A DNA stretch of 64,000 bases from an uncultured Planctomycetaceae bacterium. Its GTDB lineage: Bacteria > Planctomycetota > Planctomycetia > Planctomycetales > Planctomycetaceae. The position numbers and the translations under genes were made by a program. The stretch's first letter is position 1. Each line of letters begins with the position of its first letter. Where the stretch lies: NCBI GenBank assembly GCA_963815195.1, contig CAWFGE010000013.1, positions 320,001 through 384,000 of the forward strand, given 5' to 3'. Under the pieces are notes generated by a model that searched no databases, was not told the origin of the DNA, and was given only the letters and a program-made list of their open reading frames with translations. Below are positions 54,506 through 64,000 of the stretch, piece by piece.

Positions 54506-54694
54506 ATGTGGCAAGACCCGATCGTTGAAGAGATGCGACAGTTGCGCAAACAATACGCCTCCCAATTCAATTATGATTTGTCGGCCATCTGCCACGATTT
54601 GCGCGAAAGACAAAAGAAATCTGGCCGTAAGGTTGTCATCTTGCCGCCCCGCCGTCCAGCGGATGTCAAAACCGATAGCCAGCCCGCAGCATAA
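54506..54694 (+). CDS. Small hypothetical protein (antitoxin-like)
   Basis: [11 protein letters not shown]....F.YDL.AI pattern recalled from small genes beside PIN toxins; not verified. Confidence 0.6.
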   Translation: MWQDPIVEEMRQLRKQYASQFNYDLSAICHDLRERQKKSGRKVVILPPRRPADVKTDSQPAA

Positions 54695-54709
54695 GAAGGA
54701 CGAAGCAAA

Positions 54710-55179
54710 ATGAGCTACACCGAATTGATCGAAGACTACCTCGCCGGCCCCGGGTTGTTGCGGGAGGCGATTGGCGGATGAGTGCGGCGGAGTTGGACGC
54801 GGCTCCGGTGGCGGGGAAATGGTCCACTCGGCAGGTGGTGTGCCACATTGCGGACTTCGAGCCGGTGTATGCCGACCGCATGAAGCGGGTCATCGCCGAG
54901 GACCAGCCGCCGCTCCGGGGCGGGGATCCGGACGTGTTCGCCGCCAAGCTGGCGTATGACGAGCGGAACATCGAAGACGAACTTCTGCTTATTGAAGCCG
55001 TGCGCCGGCATGTGGCGGCGATTCTCAAAACCCTGCCGGGCGAGGCGTTTGAGCGGACGGGCCTGCATTCGGTGGATGGGCCGCTGAGCTTGGAAACCTT
55101 GCTCCGGCGGATCACGGGGCACATTCCGCATCACATCCGCTTCATCGAGGAAAAACGCGAAATGCTCCGCGGCAAATGA
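54710..55179 (+). CDS. DinB family protein; frameshift near 54775
   Basis: [16 protein letters not shown] and GHIPHH motifs; N-terminal [14 protein letters not shown] in another frame. Confidence 0.85.
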
Positions 55180-55181
55180 GC

Positions 55182-55243
55182 GTAGGGTGGGCATCGCCCA
55201 CCGAAATGCAAAGATCGCTTTGGGAATGGTGGGCGATGCCCAC
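55182..55243. repeat. GTAG-type REP doublet (family G); the right arm is the IS target
   Basis: GTAGGGTGGGCATCGCCCACC ... GGTGGGCGATGCCCAC; the remainder CCTAC follows the IS at 56723-56727. Confidence 0.85.
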
Positions 55244-56712
55244 CCACCCCTTTCAACATGTCACTTACCCCTGGATTTGGCCAGAGTTCGCGCGGTGGAG
55301 ATATGGTGATTCCGTTTGCCGCTCTTTTTTCGAGGCTGTGGTTTTTTCGGCCCGCGTTTCTTTTTGGGGTAACGCGTCAAGTCGATGCGTGTAGCAAGTC
55401 GCACCAACTCGCTCGCAAGTTTTCCAGCAGACATGATTTGATAGTGTTGCCAGGCTTCGGCGTCCACGGCAATGTTCATGCCCACCGTCGTGGCTGTCAC
55501 GTCCTGCGTCAGATGATAGTCCGACAGTTGTTCTTCGATCGTTTCTGCACTGTGAACGGACCGCAGGGCCGCTTTCACGACGGCATAAGTGTTATAGGCC
55601 AATACCGCCGTGGCGAACGCGAACGGCGCAGCCTTGGGGTAGCCCAGCGTCTCCACTTCGCAACGCAACACCTCGGTCAGAGTTTGGAAGGCTTCTTCAA
55701 TCGTCCAGCGCTTGCGATACAGAAAAGCCACTTTTGCGCATTGGCGACTTTGACAGGCAAGTTGGTCAGGATGTGAATCTCAGTGTCACCATTCTCTGTG
55801 GGCGTATCCAATTGGATGGTGATCCGCCGGACTCGCAACGTCTCTTCACCCTGGGACAGCTCGGCCGACTGCTCGAAAACAACACCCGTTTCGATGCGTC
55901 CGATGCGTTTCCGGCGACCGACGAGTTTCCAGGTGAGTGTCGAAGCGTGTTGGCGAATGACAAAGTAGGCCGACTGCTTGACAATTCCAAACAGAAACTT
56001 GGTCGTGCAGAAGTTCCGGTCGGCGATTGTCACCGTCTCGGCCCGGATCCATTCCAGAAGCTCCGGCAGAAGCGAACGTTCCTGAGCATGCCCGTCTTCA
56101 CACGGGAGCAGTTCCGAAATCAGATCCCGCTGCGCATCCAGAAGCGCCAAGGTCTGGCCGGGCAAAGGGCCTTCCCGCGTGACGCGCAATTCCGCCAGCC
56201 GATGCTCAGTCGCCGCCAAATGATTCCCGTCCAAATACTGCACGTGATAGCCCGGCAAAAGTTCGCGGCATGCTCCCGGCATGGCATCGATGACTTGAGC
56301 CGCGTCCTGGCTCGTTTCCCGGATCATCGTCGCCGAAAGACCGGGTTCAAGACGGTTCAACTTGCCATAAAGCGCGGCCGGCGAAACCGCCAGTCGATCC
56401 TTGGCGGCCAAGTATCCGGCATGGACCGACGTGTGCGTCCGCGTCGCCACGCCCATCATCAGGGCCACCACTTGCGAAAACAGCAATTCTTTCTCGTATT
56501 GTCTCTGCGAAGCGTCGGCGAAAATCTCATCCAGTCGATCCGACGACACAAGATTCTCGAGCGTTGCTCGAACCATCACTGCCGCTGGACATTCTTCCAC
56601 AAAACGATCAAGCACAGCGTCGGGCCACATCCTTGCCGCCTCCATAAGGTTTGATACAACAATCCCTGTAGAAGCGACTTATAGCAAAAAACTAACATGT
56701 TGAAAGGGGTGG
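55244..56712 (-). mobile_element. IS4-family insertion sequence (transposase ~55261-56645, frameshift near 55729)
   Basis: Perfect 18-bp TIRs CCACCCCTTTCAACATGT; direct repeat CGATGCCCAC on both flanks; DDE motifs LDGNH, IADRNF and YRKRWTIE. Confidence 0.93.
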
Positions 56713-56723
56713 CGATGCCCACC

Positions 56724-57170
56724 CTACTTTTGCCGGCAGCCCATTGTGAGGAGGATGTTCGCCCATAGGGATTGGTCGGCGGTTTGGATGGTGAGGACGT
56801 GGTCGTCCGAAGCGACCGCTTCGTAGAAGTTCCATTTCTGGATGGGTTCCAGCTTCAAGTTGAGGTTCGCGGCTTGGAGGACTTCGCGGTATTCGGCCCA
56901 CACCGGCGGCTCGCCTTCCTGGGCGTAGGGATCATCCGGTGGAATGCCCATCGTGTTGACTGCGTCCAAGGGCACCGCCGAGACCACCGCTTCCAACGCT
57001 TGCCGGCACGTCACCACGCCGGGCGAGAGGTTCAAGCACACGAGTTGGGCATTCGGGCCGCGCTTGGTGGAAGCGGGATAATTGCCGTCGGCGATCAGAA
57101 TCTTCGCATGATGCCCCGCCCGGCCGAGGACCGCGTTGATATCGGGGTGAATCAAAGTGTGCTTCAGCAT
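56724..57170 (-). CDS. RbsD/FucU family sugar mutarotase
   Basis: GHHAKILIADGNYP, FYE and ANILL motifs. Confidence 0.88.
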   Translation of the reverse strand: MLKHTLIHPDINAVLGRAGHHAKILIADGNYPASTKRGPNAQLVCLNLSPGVVTCRQALEAVVSAVPLDAVNTMGIPPDDPYAQEGEPPVWAEYREVLQAANLNLKLEPIQKWNFYEAVASDDHVLTIQTADQSLWANILLTMGCRQK

Positions 57171-58792
57171 TAAGCGGCACCGTTGTTGTTGTCGGCGGGC
57201 GGAGCCGGTTTCTTGGCGGGCGGTGCGGATTCGGATTCCGTCTTCTCGGGTTCATCGACGAGCACAAACAGGATGTGCACCCGTTTGGCGGTCTTCTCTT
57301 CGGCCGCGGGATTTGTGCCGGTGCCGTCGGCCTCGGATTGTTTTTTCGCTTCGGTCCCCGCGCGTTTCTTTTGGAGTTCGTCCAGCACGTTTGCGGGCAG
57401 GGTCAATTGCCGCTGTCTGGACGGAGCCGTCTGATGGAAGTTCCCGCTGCCGCCTCCGAATCCCCTCTGAAATGCACCGAACTTGGGTGCGTCCCGCTTT
57501 TCGTCGGCGGGCGTTTTCTGTTGGCCGTTGGACGCTGTCGCCGCTCGCGGAGTACCGAACCTGGCCGCGGTTTTTTTCTCCCCGGCCGGCGGTTGGGATT
57601 GGGCGGCTGGTGCGGTCTGGGCTTCGGCCTTAAAGGGGGCGGGGGTCTTGTCGCGTCCAGGCTCCGCGGCGGGGGCCGGTTGCGGCGTGCGGGCGGCTTT
57701 CATTTTGATCTGCGCGGGATTGATCGATTGCAGCCCCGGCACGTCCGCCCCTGCCGCGCCGAACGGCTGCACGCGGTTCCGCCGCTGGGCGTCGTCCATC
57801 GGCTCCGGCGAGGTGATCAGCGGATCGAGCCCGGCGACCGTGATCGGGGCGTCGATCGTCAACTGCCGGAAGGCCGCTTCCTTTTGCAGTTCCCGCATCG
57901 CGGCGGCCAATTGGTTGTCGCTGGTTTCCACATACACCGCCAGGAGCGAAGAGTTCTGCGATGGGCTGCGAGCATTCGCTCCCGTTTCACCGAGCTTCGG
58001 CGTGTCGGCGGAGACGATCTGGTGCTTTTTCAAGAGGACCTGAAGATCGCGCAGCCCTTGCTGGCGATCGACGACGGTGAGTTTCACCACGGCGATCTTG
58101 TCGCCTTGCTGGTCCAAGGCTTCGACGACCTGGCCGATGGGCACATCTTTCAGGTTGTGGCCGAAGACCAACTGCGATTCCCGATCCGCCGCCGAAAGTC
58201 CCTTTCGCTGGAAAGAATCGGCCACGATACCCGCGCCGGCCGTTTTTTGCGGGGCGGCCGGTTCCCGGATCGGGGATTCTGGGGGAAGGGCCAGGTTCCT
58301 CGCGTCCGCCAATTCATTCCCGGGAGCCATGGGCTGGGGCGGCTGGCTGCGTAGGGTGCTGTCTCCCGACGGCGATTCCGTGGACGAGCGATGGTCCGGC
58401 GATGTTTGGGCCAGTTCGGAATTCTCTTGCCCCGCATGGGGGAACGCAAACCACACGATCACCAGCGCCGCCGCCGCGGAAACCGCCAGGGCCGCGAGAC
58501 GCATCCACGAACGACCGGCCTGGACTTTGGAAGGTGTCTTGACGTCCGATGCGGTCGCGGCGGAGCCGCGCGGTCGACTTTCGCACTCGGCCAAAATCCC
58601 GGACGCGAACGTCTTCGGCAGGCTTTCCCGCGGGAGTTGCCGGAGGAGTTCGCGGACTTGCTCCAATTCGCCAAGTTCCTGCCGGGCTTCCGGGGATTCG
58701 CTCAACAGACGTTCCACCTCATCCCGCTCGCCGGGCGAAAGCTCGCCATCGAGATAGGCCGACAACAAATGATGAGCGGAAACAGGCTTCAT
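57170..58792 (-). CDS. Membrane-anchored anti-sigma-factor-like protein
   Basis: LLSAYLDGELSPGER..VE N-terminus, one TM helix, long low-complexity extracytoplasmic part. Confidence 0.78.
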   Translation of the reverse strand: MKPVSAHHLLSAYLDGELSPGERDEVERLLSESPEARQELGELEQVRELLRQLPRESLPKTFASGILAECESRPRGSAATASDVKTPSKVQAGRSWMRLAALAVSAAAALVIVWFAFPHAGQENSELAQTSPDHRSSTESPSGDSTLRSQPPQPMAPGNELADARNLALPPESPIREPAAPQKTAGAGIVADSFQRKGLSAADRESQLVFGHNLKDVPIGQVVEALDQQGDKIAVVKLTVVDRQQGLRDLQVLLKKHQIVSADTPKLGETGANARSPSQNSSLLAVYVETSDNQLAAAMRELQKEAAFRQLTIDAPITVAGLDPLITSPEPMDDAQRRNRVQPFGAAGADVPGLQSINPAQIKMKAARTPQPAPAAEPGRDKTPAPFKAEAQTAPAAQSQPPAGEKKTAARFGTPRAATASNGQQKTPADEKRDAPKFGAFQRGFGGGSGNFHQTAPSRQRQLTLPANVLDELQKKRAGTEAKKQSEADGTGTNPAAEEKTAKRVHILFVLVDEPEKTESESAPPAKKPAPPADNNNGAA

Positions 58793-59096
58793 GACAATTC
58801 TCTTTGGGGGAGGGCGAAAGTGTAGCCCGCCCCGTCCAATCGGCAAAGGTCAGTTGATTTTTTGAAGGCAGGCTTTTCTCTCTCCTGGAACTTAGATAGC
58901 TTTGAGCCGAAAATCGTTCCCGGAATTCCGGAAAGAACCGCGGCAAAACCTACGATTCCCGATTTTGACGGCTAAAATGGTAAGAGCAGCAATTTTGGGA
59001 CCGGAAAAACCACTCTCATCCATGAATTCCGATGCCTTATCATGACCGGATTGCCCTGGTTTATCAAATCGGAACACTTAGCTGAATGATGTAGGA

Positions 59097-60026
59097 ATGG
59101 CCAACCACGATTATTACGAGACGCTGGGGGTTTCGCGGACCGCCACGCAGGAGGAAATCCGCAAAGCCTACAAAAAGCTCGCCCGCGAATACCACCCGGA
59201 CAATCGGCCGGACGACCCGGAGGCTGAGAAAAAATTCAAAGAGATCCAGGAAGCCAACTCGGTGCTCAGCGATCCGGAAAAGCGGGCCCAATACGACCGG
59301 TTCGGCTCGGCGTTTCAAAATGCCGGGGCTGGCGGCGGGCCGCAGTTTCACTGGACCTCGTCGGGGCCGGGCGGAGCGGTCGATTTGGAGGACATCCTCG
59401 GCGGCGGGATTGATTTGGGCAGCTTGTTCGGCGGCATGGGCGGCGGACGCCGACGCCAGCCGCAGCCGCGCCCCCAAGCCGGTCAGGATGTGGAAACGGA
59501 CATCGAAATCCCGTTCCACGTCGCGGTCGAAGGCGGCGAGCATAGCCTGCCCCTCCGCCGGGAAAACGGGCACGTCGAACGGCTGACGGTCAAGATCCCC
59601 TCGGGCGTCGACACGGGCAGCGTGATTCGGTTGTCCGGCCAGGGGCATCCCGGCAGTCACGGCGGGCCGGCGGGCGATGTGCGATTGACCGTCAAAGTCG
59701 CCCCGCATCCTTATTACCGCCGCGAGGGGAACAACATCTTGATCGATGTGCCCATCACGCCGCCCGAAGCCGCGCTCGGAACGAAGGTCGAAGTCCCCAC
59801 GGTCAAAGAAGGCAACGTGACGGTGACCATTCCGTCCGGCACGTCCAGCGGAGCCAAGCTCCGGCTCGCCGGTTTGGGCGCCCCCGATCCCAAAACAAAA
59901 AACCGCGGCGACCAGTTGGTGGTCGTGAAAATCGTCGTGCCGAAAAAACTCGACGAGGCCCAGCGAGCGCTCTACGAACAACTCGCCGACCAGTCCACCT
60001 TCGCCCCCCGCGAAAACTTGTGGTAA
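59097..60026 (+). CDS. DnaJ class B / CbpA-like co-chaperone
   Basis: J domain with HPD, G/F-rich linker, C-terminal domains, no zinc finger. Confidence 0.93.
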   Translation: MANHDYYETLGVSRTATQEEIRKAYKKLAREYHPDNRPDDPEAEKKFKEIQEANSVLSDPEKRAQYDRFGSAFQNAGAGGGPQFHWTSSGPGGAVDLEDILGGGIDLGSLFGGMGGGRRRQPQPRPQAGQDVETDIEIPFHVAVEGGEHSLPLRRENGHVERLTVKIPSGVDTGSVIRLSGQGHPGSHGGPAGDVRLTVKVAPHPYYRREGNNILIDVPITPPEAALGTKVEVPTVKEGNVTVTIPSGTSSGAKLRLAGLGAPDPKTKNRGDQLVVVKIVVPKKLDEAQRALYEQLADQSTFAPRENLW

Positions 60027-60115
60027 GAACGTGTTTCAAAACCTGAGCGGTACGCAATAGCGGCCGCGCAGGTTTGTTGAGGAAAAAATGAGACGCCGGG
60101 TTCACTCGCTTTCGA

Positions 60116-61876
60116 CTACAGCCGCTTCGACAACCTCTGTGCCAGGCGTTTGAGGGCGGGGCTGATGTCCTTGGGATCGAGATGGATGTTCAAGAGGCTG
60201 AAGGTGTCCTTGTTCGCGAAGGCGGCGCTTAACGCCTTTTCCAGATCGCCTTCGGTGCGGACTTCAAACCCCCAGCCGCGGCCGAGCAGATCGGGCAGCC
60301 GGTGGTAATGCCAGTTGGGGATGTCGTTGAACGGCCCATCCTGCAGGAACCGCTCGGTGGTGTAGCCTTTGTTGTTGAGGACCATCACGATCGGATTGAA
60401 GCCGTGCCGGGCCGCGGTGGAGAGTTCCAGGCACGTCATTTGGAACGCCCCGTCCCCGACAAACACCAGCGGGCGGAGATCGGGGTTCGCGACTTGAATC
60501 CCCACCGCCGCGGGAATGGAAAAGCCCATCGACGTGTAATACGCGGGGCTGATGAACTCGGTGTGGCGGTAGATCGTCAAATCGGAAGCCGCGAACAGCG
60601 AATCCCCCACGTCGGCGACGACGACGGTGCGCTCATCGAGCATCTCGTTCATGCGGGCGAACAGCCGCTTGACGGTTAATGGCGCATTCGGCTTGAGCGT
60701 GAACTTCTCTTCGTTCCGCTCGATCTTGGGCACCGGGCGTTTGACGACGTCGAAATGCGCCTTCGCGAGGCCTTTGACGAAATCCGGGAGGAGCACGTCA
60801 TGGAAATGGTGATGGCGGATGCGGAGCTTTTCGCTGGTGGCGTAAATGCATTTCCCGGGATCGAGATTGGCGGTGAAGATGCCAAGGTTGATGTCGGTCA
60901 TAAATGTGCCCAACAGGATCACGCAATCGCTGTCCTCGACGTATTGCCGGACCGACTCGCGGCCCATCGCGCCTTCGTAGAGTCCGAGATACAGCGGATG
61001 CTTTTCGCTGACGACCGACTTGCCCAAGAGCGTCGCGCACATGGGGAGCTTGTTTTTCTCGGCGAGCTTGAGCACTTCTTCCCGCAGCCCGAAGCGGTGC
61101 ACCTCCACGCCCGCGATCACCACGGGCTTTTCGCATTGATCGATGAGCTGCTTCGCTTCTTCGAGGGCCTCGCGGAGGGCGTCTTTGTCGCTTTGCAGGT
61201 TTTCCGCAACGGGTTCGTGCGGGAACAGGCCTTCGGACTGCACGCGGTCGCGGGGCAGTTCCAAATACACGGGCCGTTTGAACCTGACCGCGGCTTCGAG
61301 GCAGCGGTCGATTTCCCGGAACGCGGTCAGCGGGTCGTCGAGCGAAGCCGTGGCGACCGTGATCTTTTCAAACACTTCCCGCTGCGTGTTGAAGTCCCGC
61401 ACGCGGTGATGCAGCAGCGGGTCGGCCCGGCGTTCTTCCACGCCCGGCGCGCCGCTGATGACCACCACCGGCGATTTCTCGGCATAGGCCCCCGCGATCG
61501 CGTTGCACAGGCTCAATCCGCCCACGCAATACGTCACGCACACCGCGCCCAGGCCGTTGATGCGGGCGTAGCTGTCGGCCGCGTAGCCGGCGTTGTCTTC
61601 GCGGGTCATCCCGACCACGCGGATCGGGCTGTCTTCGAGCATTCCGTAGAATTGGAGCACAAAGTCGCCCGGAATGCCGAACATGTCCTTGAGGCCGTAA
61701 TCCTGCAAACGCTGGATCAAATACTGTCCGATGGATTGCGAACGCCCGTTCGCGGAGGCTTTTGCGCGGCCGGAAACCGCCTTCCCCGCAGTTCTGCGGG
61801 TCTTTTCGGTTTTGATTTTTGTGGGGGTTTTCGGTTTCGAAGGAGCCGGTTTCGCGGTGCTTTTTCGGGGGGCCAT
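60116..61876 (-). CDS. TPP-dependent 2-oxoacid (indolepyruvate/pyruvate-type) decarboxylase
   Basis: [21 protein letters not shown] and GDGAFQMT...NN motifs. Confidence 0.92.
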   Translation of the reverse strand: MAPRKSTAKPAPSKPKTPTKIKTEKTRRTAGKAVSGRAKASANGRSQSIGQYLIQRLQDYGLKDMFGIPGDFVLQFYGMLEDSPIRVVGMTREDNAGYAADSYARINGLGAVCVTYCVGGLSLCNAIAGAYAEKSPVVVISGAPGVEERRADPLLHHRVRDFNTQREVFEKITVATASLDDPLTAFREIDRCLEAAVRFKRPVYLELPRDRVQSEGLFPHEPVAENLQSDKDALREALEEAKQLIDQCEKPVVIAGVEVHRFGLREEVLKLAEKNKLPMCATLLGKSVVSEKHPLYLGLYEGAMGRESVRQYVEDSDCVILLGTFMTDINLGIFTANLDPGKCIYATSEKLRIRHHHFHDVLLPDFVKGLAKAHFDVVKRPVPKIERNEEKFTLKPNAPLTVKRLFARMNEMLDERTVVVADVGDSLFAASDLTIYRHTEFISPAYYTSMGFSIPAAVGIQVANPDLRPLVFVGDGAFQMTCLELSTAARHGFNPIVMVLNNKGYTTERFLQDGPFNDIPNWHYHRLPDLLGRGWGFEVRTEGDLEKALSAAFANKDTFSLLNIHLDPKDISPALKRLAQRLSKRL

Positions 61877-61981
61877 TAAATAAAACTCCTGATAGGACGC
61901 CGCGGTTTTGCAATGTGGAAATGCGTAAAAACCAAGCGTCCGATGGACGGCTGAGGACCATTCGAGAAAAGTTTGTCCCAT

Positions 61982-62125
61982 CATCAGCCGGAAGGGCGAG
62001 CGTCCGGTTGTCATGAACCGGGGCGAGCGCCCTGGGGCTAATCAATGCGAGAAAATCTGTCCCATTATCAGAAACGCGCTAGCGTCCGGTTTTTTTGAAC
62101 CGGGGCGAGCGCCCAGCAGATAATG
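61982..62125. repeat. Two degenerate tandem REP-doublet-like units (family H)
   Basis: Repeated ATCAG..AGCGTCCGGTT..GAACCGGGGCGAGCGCCC blocks about 83 bp apart. Confidence 0.7.
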
Positions 62126-62228
62126 ATCGCGACAACTCTTCCTTGAACGATCGTCAATTGGTAAGGGAACACCTTAATTGTTCGTTGAAAACGGCCAAGG
62201 GTCAAGAAGCGGCCACGCGATGGATTCT

Positions 62229-63925
62229 TCAACCGTGGGCCGGAGAATCCTCCGAATCGGCATTTTCCGCCGAGGCGTTTCGGTAGACTCCGAAGCCCAA
62301 AAAGACCCCGGTAAAGAGCAGATACCCAATCGCAATCCCCGTGGCGCGGAAGGCGAAGGCGTTTTCGCGGGCCGGCGAAAAACGGAACAGAAAATCGATT
62401 ATGTTTCCGGAGAGCTGGTAGCTGTGCATCAAGCCGATGCCCGTGAACGCCGCGGCGATCAGCGACCACGCCGCCGCCCGGTAAAACTGGCGATCGATCA
62501 AAAAAGCCGAGATCGCCGCCCAGAACATGCAGGTGAAGATGTAGCCTCGCTCCATCAAGATCATGCCGTGGATCAAAAACCCGTTGACGGGATACGAGAG
62601 ATCGCTCGCCAACACGTCCTGCATGGTTTTCACGCCGGCCGGCTCTTGCCCGAGCGCCAAAAACGTCCCGTGCACGACGGTGGCGCCCCACGCGGCGATC
62701 GCGGGAAATAACCCCACCGCGACCGCCGGGGCGTGGTCGTGCGGCGTGACTTGGAATGCCTGCGCCGTGATGACCACGCCGATCCATAAGACAATCGCAA
62801 TCCCGGCTTCCATCGGCACGACTTGGGAAATCACGCCCACCGTGCCGGTGAGGCAGATGGCGGTGATGGCGAGGCCGTTCAACGTGGAATAACCCGCCCG
62901 CGCCCCGAGGCCTTTCCAACCGGGATGGCCGATGTAGATCGTCGTCGGAAAACAACTGCCGAAGAGGGCCGCCGCGATCGTGCCGAGTCCGTTGGCCGCG
63001 AGCGACGAGCGGGTGTCGAAGCCGTCGCCGGAGGCCTCGGCGGATTCGATGTTCTGCAGACTCCCGATGACGTTGAACAGACCCATCGGCACAATCACCG
63101 AGAGATAGCCGATCCAGTCTTTCGTGCCGCCCGAAAGCACCTCGGCAATCGCGGGCCCGGCGAACGTCGGCAGGTAAAGACCGCGAGTTTCCCAGGCCTT
63201 GGTAATCTCGCCGGCGTCCATCGGCGGGCCGGTGATATGTGCTGGGAGCAAGAGCGGACCCACCCACGCCACGATCGTCCCCAGCACCACCGCCACGAAT
63301 CCGCCGGGCAATCCCAGCGGAAACCGCACCCGCGAAAAGTACGTCACCAGAATGATCGCGAGCCCGAGCATGGCCACCAGCGGCCGCTGGAAAATCTCGA
63401 GCGCAAACTTCATCGAGATAAACCCGATGGCGATCCCCGCCAGCGTCGAAAGCAGCGCGGCCCGGGGCGTCCGCCTGCGAATGCCCGCCGCCACAAACGA
63501 GCCCAGAAACTCGATCAGCCCGCTCCCCAAACACGCCAAAAGCCCCATCTGCCAGGCGACATAGGCGGCCTGTTCGCCGCTCTGGTTATTTTGAACCGCG
63601 AGATCGTACGCGGGCTTCATCACGAAGAACACATACACCAAGAGCGAAGGCGTATTGATCCCGTAAGGCAGCGCGGTCACATCATCGCGGTTCTCGCGGC
63701 GGGCGAGCCGGCGGGCTTGCCAGGCGTAAAACAGATTGCCCAGCAAAATACTGAGCGCCGCCCCCGGCAGAATCGCGCCCAAGAGCAGCGGCGAGTCGGC
63801 CCCAATCCCGCACAGCCCGCACAACGAGACGATCAGCAAAAGCTGAACGAGGTTGTCGATGAACAGCCCAAAAAAGCCGTCCAAATCCCGTTTGACGAAC
63901 AGCGGGTAGTGGTGTGGGAATTCAT
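62229..63925 (-). CDS. NCS2-like (xanthine/uracil/vitamin C type) permease; start uncertain
   Basis: [33 protein letters not shown] and [11 protein letters not shown] motifs; many TMs. ATG 63925 needs a frameshift to join the ORF. Confidence 0.82.
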
Positions 63926-64000
63926 CCGGGCAGACTACCCCGCGCCGCCAATCCGCGTCAAGCGGGGAATGGCGAGCGTGGGGCGTCAGCCCGGGCGTCA

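Noticed and set aside
55677..55740. Programmed frameshift in the IS transposase
   Set aside because: IS4-family transposases are normally single ORFs, so an indel (error or inactivation) is more likely.

Overview
A GC-rich bacterial chromosome segment. Gene content and repeat style suggest Planctomycetota (inference). From left to right it holds: (1) a PUFA/Hgl-like type I PKS running off the left edge (KS-CLF-AT-[C45 Ntn-hydrolase-like]-KR-DH), a stand-alone triple-ACP protein, a thioester reductase-SCP2 fusion and a divergent phytol/dolichol-kinase-like gene; (2) catabolic genes, an SSS symporter and a Tat-signal EutB-EutC fusion; (3) an AT-rich two-gene GTPase islet; (4) argJ, argC, a sugar-catabolism operon, greA, putA, murJ; (5) a truncated SecA paralogue with an M50-HlyD fusion and an unannotated 56-aa sigma-region-4 protein; (6) frr, a ParA-family gene and a MoxR-AAA/sirtuin/rtcA operon; (7) a GcvH-like / ferredoxin / squalene-hopene-cyclase-like / DUF116-prenyl synthase operon; (8) an IS4-family element, a DnaJ-class chaperone, a TPP decarboxylase and a permease. 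The window is dense in REP-like palindromes from many families and carries two RAYT transposases. Palindromes sit in frame inside argJ, putA and the cyclase, and the IS4 element sits inside a REP. More than 15 single-base frameshifts in otherwise intact genes most likely reflect consensus errors. No rRNA, tRNA or CRISPR array was seen. All calls come from reading motifs by eye; no database searches were run.
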